NCBI RefSeq assembly: GCF_006345805.1
Contig: NC_042998.1
Span: forward strand, 9,672,001-9,736,000
DNA: 64,000 bases
Reading direction: 5' to 3'
From: Octopus sinensis
Taxonomy: Eukaryota
Positions within the stretch are counted from its first letter, which is position 1. The number at the start of each line of letters is the position of its first letter. Position numbers and translations under genes: made by a program. The notes beneath the pieces were generated by a model, which was not told the DNA's origin, did no database searches, and worked only from the letters and a program-made list of their open reading frames with translations. This document shows, piece by piece, positions 59,501 through 64,000 of this stretch.

Positions 59501-61811
59501 GGCTCTCATCTTATTGGCATAGGAGTGGCTGTGTGGTAAGTAGCTTGCTTACGAACCACATGGTTCCAGGTTCAGTCCCACTGCGCGGCACCTTGGGCAA
59601 GTGTCTTCCACTATAGCCTCGGGCCGACCAAAGCTCTGTGAGTGGATTTGGTAGATGGAAACTGAAAGAAGCCTGTCGGATATATGTATATATAGGCGCA
59701 GGAGTGGCTGTGTGGTAAGTAGCTTGCTAACCAACCACATGGTTCCGGGTTCAGTCCCACTGCGTGGCATCTTGGGCAAGTGTCTTCTGCTATAGCCTTG
59801 GGCCGACCAATGCCTTGTGAGTGGATTTGGTAGACGGAAACTGAAAGAAGCCTGTCGTATATATGTATATATATATATATTAGTGTGTGTGTGTGTGTAT
59901 GCATTTGTGTGTCTGTGGTTGTCCCACCAACATCGCTTGACAACTGATGCTGGTGTGTTTAGGTCCTTGTAACTTAGCGGTTCGGCAAAAGAGATCGATA
60001 GAATAAATTACTAGGCTTACAAAGAATAAGTCCTTGGGTCGATTTGCTCAACTAAAGGCGGTGCTCCAGCATGGCCGCAGTCAAATGACTGAAACAAGTA
60101 AAAGAGAGTAAAGAGTATGTTGACTTATTCAGTTAAAAACAGTAACGAAAAAGGAGTTCTTCCTCCTCTGTCTTACTCTTTTACTTGTTTCAGTCATTTG
60201 ACTGCGGCCATGCTGGAGCACCGCCTTTAGTTGCAGAGATCGACCCCAGGACTTATTCTATCAGTCTCTTTTGCTGAACCGCTAAGTTATAGGGATGTAA
60301 ACACACCAGCATCGGTTGTCAAGCGATGTTGGGGGGAACAATCACAGACACACAAACACATACACACACTCGACCAAATCCACTCACAAGGCTTTGGTCG
60401 GCCCGAGGCTATAGTAGAAGACGCTTGCCCAAGATGCCACGCAGTGGGACTGAACCCAGAACCATGTGGTTAGTAAGCAAGCTACTTTCCACACAGCCGC
60501 TCCTGCGTTAGTCTTATGTTTCTTTTGTTAGCAACTTCTGTCACTTTGTTAGTTACTTGTTACTCCTATGAAGTTTCTCCCTTTTACAATATGCCTCAAT
60601 ATGTCTTTCATATCTGATGGTCAAATAACTTTGAAATATACCTGTGCAGCCAGTTGCCAATTTTATAATGTCTGATAGTGTGCACAATTTGAACTACCGT
60701 AAATCCTCGAGTGTGATACTTTTTACTCTTTTACTTGTTTCAGCAAATCGACCCCGGGACTTATTCTTTGTAAGCCCAGTACTTATTCTATTGGTCTCTT
60801 TTGCTGAACCGCTAAGTTACAAGTGACGGGGACGTAAACACACCAGCATCGGTTGTCAAGCAATGCTAGGTGGACAAACACAGACACACAAACACACACA
60901 CTCATATATATACATATATACGACGGGCTTCTTTCAGTTTCCATCTACCAAATCCACTCACAAGGCATTGGTCGGCCCGGGGCTATAGCAGAAGACACTT
61001 GCCCAAGATGCCACGCAGTGGGACTGAACCCGGAACCATGTGGTTGGTTAGCAAGCTACTTACCACACAGCCACTCCTGCGTCTTTTTTTGCACTTTTTT
61101 CTGCACTTTTTCCCCAAAATTAAAGGTCAACATCCCTAGTGCGTATTATACACGAGGTTAAAAATGAAAATTATTTTCTTAGCAATGTTGAAGTCTCTAT
61201 TTGCTGTCTGGCAATGTTTATTCAGATGCATTTTGTGATGTCGGGCGCAAAAATACCTTAAATCATCCATAACTTGCAGTTAGCAACATTTACTAAACGT
61301 TATTACTGTTATTTCTTTATTTTCTGCAAACAAAATACACAAAAAAGCTACACATTTGCATTGTTATATATACAATAATAATAAAGGGCATTACTGTATA
61401 CATTTTTACAGACCAAGGATGTTATATAGACCTCTTTGACTCAAGTTAGAGAAGGGGTGCGTATTATACACAAGGTTTGGGTTTTTAGAGGTACAGCCCC
61501 CTAAAAATCTCCTGCGTATTATACTCAAGGGCGGACTATACTCGAGGATTTACGGTATTTTCTTTGTTTATAATAATGTACAAATATTTGTAGTTTGCTT
61601 TTATCATTTGTATTATTTATTAAAAGGAAAAAAATTTTTCTTTTCCTTTTCCCCAGGTGATGGAACTTGTTGCTATGTAAATAAGCAATTTAACTCGACC
61701 CTTAATCTCTCTGGCCCAGACTGTGACCCTGTGTATCGGATGGCTTGTGATAAGACCTTTATTTTTACTGCAAGTCGAGATGGCTTTATAAGGAAATACA
61801 ATCCGAATTAA
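33431..61811 (+). CDS. PAAF1: PAAF1 / WDR71 (proteasomal ATPase-associated factor 1, Rpn14-like WD40 protein), 11 coding exons, 402 aa
   Basis: Manual splice assembly: exons of 53+53+104+111+96+151+195+92+116+83+155 = 1209 nt, all GT-AG with compatible phases and no internal stop. Peptides (GGLGVSSSTDGTLKVW, FPSGIVVLSG, LDTAIIERGRNVVS, TEGKMLL, SDAVNCCAFLSG, GPDCDPVY, RDGFIRKY) match my recollection of vertebrate PAAF1 in order. Confidence 0.95.
35246..35298 (+). CDS. PAAF1: PAAF1 exon 2 (ENHGRAWVALQDLSETS)
   Basis: acceptor tttcattttag, donor CAG|GTATAT; phase 2 in, phase 1 out. Confidence 0.8.
35443..35833 (-). mobile_element. SINE family A
   Basis: full-length copy in PAAF1 intron 2. Confidence 0.88.
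37112..38900 (+). mobile_element. older, decayed RTE copy of the same lineage (interrupted by an RTE 3' end at 38375-38585)
   Basis: degenerate matches to NVDPTEGP, DEMQFG, VDMEKAFD, LYAD, KGLRV.L.KTK and the Cys/His finger (37989-38117); many stops and frameshifts. Confidence 0.9.
39897..40612 (+). mobile_element. two tandem RTE 3'-end copies (39897-40203, 40368-40612)
   Basis: each ends in the GGGCATCC block, hairpins and (GAT)n. Confidence 0.87.
40789..40892 (+). CDS. PAAF1: PAAF1 exon 3 (KPTVRGQLVTQSIAAPGLPNVVGNNGFSVKRIQG)
   Basis: acceptor ttctttag, donor GGG|GTAAGT; resembles human KPSLYGSLTCQGIG...EGFTV. Confidence 0.88.
41909..42019 (+). CDS. PAAF1: PAAF1 exon 4 (QKIDICYSDEC...TFLSPLKSFPAIHDPNKS)
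   Basis: acceptor ttttgcag, donor TCT|GTAAGA; 37 codons; resembles human FLAPYTTFSRIHTKS. Confidence 0.85.
42142..44202 (+). pseudogene. RTE ORF2 fragment (reverse transcriptase + PHD-like finger + C-terminus)
   Basis: ORF track 42226..43881 and 43885..44202 are in the same frame, separated only by TGA in M-L-*-W-M-C (normally MLRWMC). Confidence 0.93.
44263..44875 (+). repeat. minisatellite, ~10 units of 60-62 bp (mostly 61), in the RTE 3'UTR
   Basis: CATCCG anchor (one unit CATCTG) recurs at 44263, 44325, 44386, 44447, 44507, 44568, 44629, 44690, 44751, 44812. Confidence 0.95.
45835..46273 (+). mobile_element. RTE 3'UTR copy with 3 units and a long (GAT)n tail
   Basis: same block; ~200 bp upstream of PAAF1 exon 5. 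Confidence 0.88.
46476..46571 (+). CDS. PAAF1: PAAF1 exon 5 (LLGLDVSTGGLGVSSSTDGTLKVWQTDTGEVR)
   Basis: acceptor tttccag, donor AGA|GTAAGT; WD40 repeat. Confidence 0.95.
47261..47411 (+). CDS. PAAF1: PAAF1 exon 6 (RNLTGHSGEVNTCRIFPSGIVVLSGSADMQLKVW...GHKS)
   Basis: acceptor aattgtag, donor CAG|GTAAAA; GH...D...W WD40 pattern. Confidence 0.95.
47499..47895 (+). mobile_element. SINE family A
   Basis: full-length copy ~90 bp after exon 6. Confidence 0.88.
48118..48678 (-). repeat. unclassified interspersed-repeat-like segment with (TAA)n-type end
   Basis: higher GC than flanking intron and ends in ctcactcagtaataata on minus; only one copy in this window. Confidence 0.35.
48953..49239. repeat. 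long imperfect palindrome (foldback/MITE-like), arms ~120 bp, loop 40 nt
   Basis: 48984-49079 is the reverse complement of 49120-49215 with ~10 mismatches; pairing extends outward imperfectly. Confidence 0.9.
49240..49636 (+). mobile_element. SINE family A (first ~9 nt missing)
   Basis: near full-length copy. Confidence 0.88.
49774..49968 (+). CDS. PAAF1: PAAF1 exon 7 (GVLDTAIIERGRNVVSCSSDGTAKLWD...DQPP)
   Basis: acceptor atttag, donor CAA|GTAAGT; ORF track 49776. Confidence 0.95.
50213..50393 (-). mobile_element. RTE 3'-end-only copy
   Basis: same block with a small internal deletion. Confidence 0.85.
50418..50900 (+). mobile_element. R4/Dong-like non-LTR fragment
   Basis: HLKADI.WLYL.R..G.RGL, KEKPLHGQF, ET.SLI.AAQDQ, KCRACG motifs; preceded by (ATA)n. 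Confidence 0.7.
51051..51142 (+). CDS. PAAF1: PAAF1 exon 8 (SEKEVLTEGKMLLMACESKSLLSYGLQTRKK)
   Basis: acceptor aatacag, donor AAG|GTATGT. Confidence 0.93.
52525..52978 (-). mobile_element. RTE 3'UTR copy with 67-bp units
   Basis: unit anchors at 52806, 52873, 52940. Confidence 0.88.
53330..53776 (+). mobile_element. SINE family A with expanded internal (TA)n
   Basis: ~65-nt TA run at 53485-53550. Confidence 0.88.
54932..55047 (+). CDS. PAAF1: PAAF1 exon 9 (IFHYKCSDAVNCCAFLSG...DLRNY)
   Basis: acceptor ttttcaaacag, donor CAG|GTTAGT. Confidence 0.93.
55155..55534 (+). mobile_element. RTE 3'UTR copy (67-bp-type units)
   Basis: same block and tail, ~110 bp downstream of PAAF1 exon 9. Confidence 0.87.
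55742..56850 (+). mobile_element. CR1-group LINE 3' fragment, frameshifted RT
   Basis: SGVPQGSVLGPLLF, YADDIKL, frameshift ~56020, ERDLGVIVD, LVRPHLEFASPVWNP, TRGH, FFTLRVVEAWNKLP. Confidence 0.92.
57283..57740 (-). mobile_element. RTE 3'UTR copy
   Basis: same block, 2 units and upstream UTR. Confidence 0.87.
58931..59013 (+). CDS. PAAF1: PAAF1 exon 10 (SVSFKEVKVTKSAITSILPYKEGFLVSS)
   Basis: acceptor actgtttcag, donor CAC|GTAAGT; phases 2/1 fit the neighbouring exons. Confidence 0.88.
59189..59443 (-). mobile_element. RTE 3'-end-only copy
   Basis: same block. Confidence 0.86.
59520..60117 (+). mobile_element. SINE family A: 5' half followed directly by a full copy
   Basis: head 59520-59692 ends in (TA)n; second head starts at 59694. 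Confidence 0.86.
60172..60508 (-). mobile_element. SINE family A, internally deleted
   Basis: tail-to-tail with the preceding copy. Confidence 0.84.
60697..61555. mobile_element. Tc1/pogo-type non-autonomous element with a nested SINE
   Basis: perfect 16-bp TIR CCGTAAATCCTCGAGT, TA flanks at 60695-96 and 61556-57, internal TGCGTATTATAC repeats. Confidence 0.8.
60716..61082 (-). mobile_element. SINE family A nested in the pogo-type element
   Basis: inserted just inside the left TIR. Confidence 0.84.
61657..61811 (+). CDS. PAAF1: PAAF1 exon 11, terminal (RDGTCCYV...GPDCDPVYRMACDKTFIFTASRDGFIRKYNPN*)
   Basis: long pyrimidine tract + ccccag acceptor, TAA at 61809-61811. Confidence 0.95.
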
Positions 61812-61869
61812 TTACCTTGCATCAGCAACTGTATTCCAATTGTCTTAAAATATTTTTGATCAAAAATGT

Positions 61870-61875
61870 AATAAA
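61870..61875 (+). terminator. candidate polyadenylation signal of PAAF1
   Basis: first AATAAA 59 nt after the stop, followed by T-rich sequence; other AATAAA hexamers occur further downstream. Confidence 0.5.
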
Positions 61876-62295
61876 TTTATTTCGCATTTATAAATATTTT
61901 TTTAACTTAATTTAAGATATGCGTCTGAAAGTTCTTTCTATTGTTGTATATTGTTGTATGGACATATATTCATGGGAATTTATACAGATGGATTAATTGC
62001 TTGTTGAACTTATTAAACATGTAATAAGTAGCCTAATTATTTAATATTGGTTTAAAATTTTTACTCAAGGCCTGCAATTTCGAAGGATTACGTCAGCCCT
62101 AGGGTTCAACTGGTACCTAGTTAATCGACCTGAAAGGATGAAAGGTAAATTTGAACTCAGAATGCAAGACAGATGAAGTACCACTAAATATTCTGCTCAA
62201 CATGCTAATGATGCTGCCAGCCAGCTCACTGCCTGTTAGTTAATATTGGTTTCATATTTTGACACAAGGCCAGCAATTTCAGGGAGGGGTTAAGT

Positions 62296-62514
62296 CAGTG
62301 CTTTTCAAACTTTTTGCTGGAGTGGAACCCCAAGGAAACATTCCACTGGCTCGGGGAACCCCTGTGCAATAATTTAATAGTTTTATGCACACATATCTGC
62401 ACAGGAGAATTAAAAATTACTGCCGATTTTAGCAGTTTTGTAACTTCTTGCAGAACCCCTGGACTGTACTGGCGGAACCCTAAGGTTCTGCGGAACCCTG
62501 GTTGAAAACCACTG
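62296..62514. mobile_element. hAT-like MITE interrupting a SINE
   Basis: CAGTGCTTTTCAA ... TTGAAAACCACTG termini, GGAACCC subterminal repeats; 8-bp TSD not matched. Confidence 0.5.
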
Positions 62515-63625
62515 CTCTAGAGGAATATTTTTGTTGACCACAGTTGAATTTATACTCAGATTGTGAAGATAGAAAAATGCTGCTAAGCATTTTGCCCAGC
62601 TTGCTGCCGAAATCATTGTTTTGTGGTTTCTTCATGACTAAACTGTACAATTAAACTGGTTCTTAGACTTGGAGTACAATCCATTGCAATAGCTGTAACG
62701 GTATACAATCACTGAAATTTTAGTTGGCAGGCCAACACTCCATCAACTCAACCATTTGTAAATTGCATCTTTTGGTACAGCAATGAAATACTTACACACA
62801 ATGTGCTTCTAAGTTTCCAGTTTAATACCTTTATATGATAGAGGTAACTAAGTAAAGATGATTTGGGTTAATCAATAACAAGAATTAATAACAGTTCATT
62901 GAAATAATTTATTGTTTGAATTGATGTCCTTTAATTAAATATTTAGTTTTGATCATGAAGATGATAAGTTTGTTTGAAATAATACAAAATAAACAATAAA
63001 CATCTTTATATTTTTTATTTACAATTTGAAAATATATATTATATACATATAATTTAAAAAAGGACATAATAAATTTCATTCATTAAAAATATAATTCGCT
63101 TAAAAATTATATATATTATATATATATATGTTTGTTTTTATGTTCAGTTATAATAAAAACAATTTCACATTAATCTGATAGTTTACTCTATACTTTTGTA
63201 GAGTACAAATTTATTATTCTTAAACAAGACTGTTATTGACAGTGACTTTGAAGTTTTGGCTGGCTAAGCCCTGTCAATAATTTCCTTGTTTTAGAATACT
63301 ACATATACATACTTATATATATATATATGTGTGTGTGTGTATGCACACCTCATATGCCAGTGTATAAGATGAGCTTCTTTTTTCTTTATTCTTAAATTTT
63401 ATGAAAATTTGCAGTGTCCATTGTGACCAAATGATGAATGAGATACTGAGTGTATGAGTATATGATGAAATATATGTTTTTTTTTCCCCATAATATCTAC
63501 TTCCTTTTTCAACAAAACAATAGGGGTTTGTTTAATTAGGGAGTGCATCCTATTATACACCAGCAAATATATTTTATATATATATATATATGGATTAACT
63601 CTTAAAAGAAGAGAGTGTATGTATG

Positions 63626-63664
<39 letters not shown>

Positions 63665-64000
63665 CAAAAACTGTCCGACGAACGGGAATGTGAAACTCAG
63701 AGTAACAGGTTTTGTTGAATTTTCTGCTGCTTTTAAATAAAGTATATATATATATATACTCTTTTTTAGGAGTTAATCCATATATTTTATGATATATCTT
63801 ATCAGTGGATAAATTTTCATATCACAACCCTAATAGTAGTCGCCCTGGAGGTAAGAAAATTATCATTTTTGTTTTAAAGAGATATATAAATTTTATATAT
63901 AGTTATAACTGCTGAAATAAATGAATTAGGAAATTAAAAATATTAGTGAGTCTAAATGTGAGAACAATGTGTTTAATTAGTTAAACATGATTTACTAATG

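Overview
AT-rich eukaryotic (animal) genomic DNA. The repeat content (RTE LINEs with (GAT)n tails, several tRNA-derived SINE families, TA/TG microsatellites) suggests an octopus or other coleoid cephalopod; this is inference. One protein-coding gene is well supported: a PAAF1/WDR71 (Rpn14-like WD40 proteasome assembly factor) orthologue on +, 11 GT-AG exons from ATG 33431 to TAA 61811, 1209 nt = 402 aa + stop, with all intron phases consistent. A transposon-poor, CpG-richer zone (~30.1-35.4 kb) around its start also holds candidate minus-strand exons of a divergent transcript. Everything else is mobile-element derived. This includes a young 5'-truncated RTE LINE (42135-45039; RT, internal PHD-like finger, one CGA>TGA stop, 61-bp 3'UTR minisatellite, 6-bp TSD), ~20 further RTE 3' ends, a near-complete mariner, a decayed Hero-type RLE retrotransposon, CR1-, BovB- and R4/Dong-like fragments, a non-autonomous Helitron, pogo/piggyBac/hAT-type MITEs and ~30 SINEs. 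Most short ORFs in the track are repeat artefacts. The most unusual signals are the modular RTE 3'UTR (variable tandem units, co-varying hairpins), the PHD-like finger in RTE ORF2, and two near-perfect long-range inverted duplications bracketing PAAF1 exons 3-4 and 8-9. No CRISPR, rRNA or true tRNA gene is seen.
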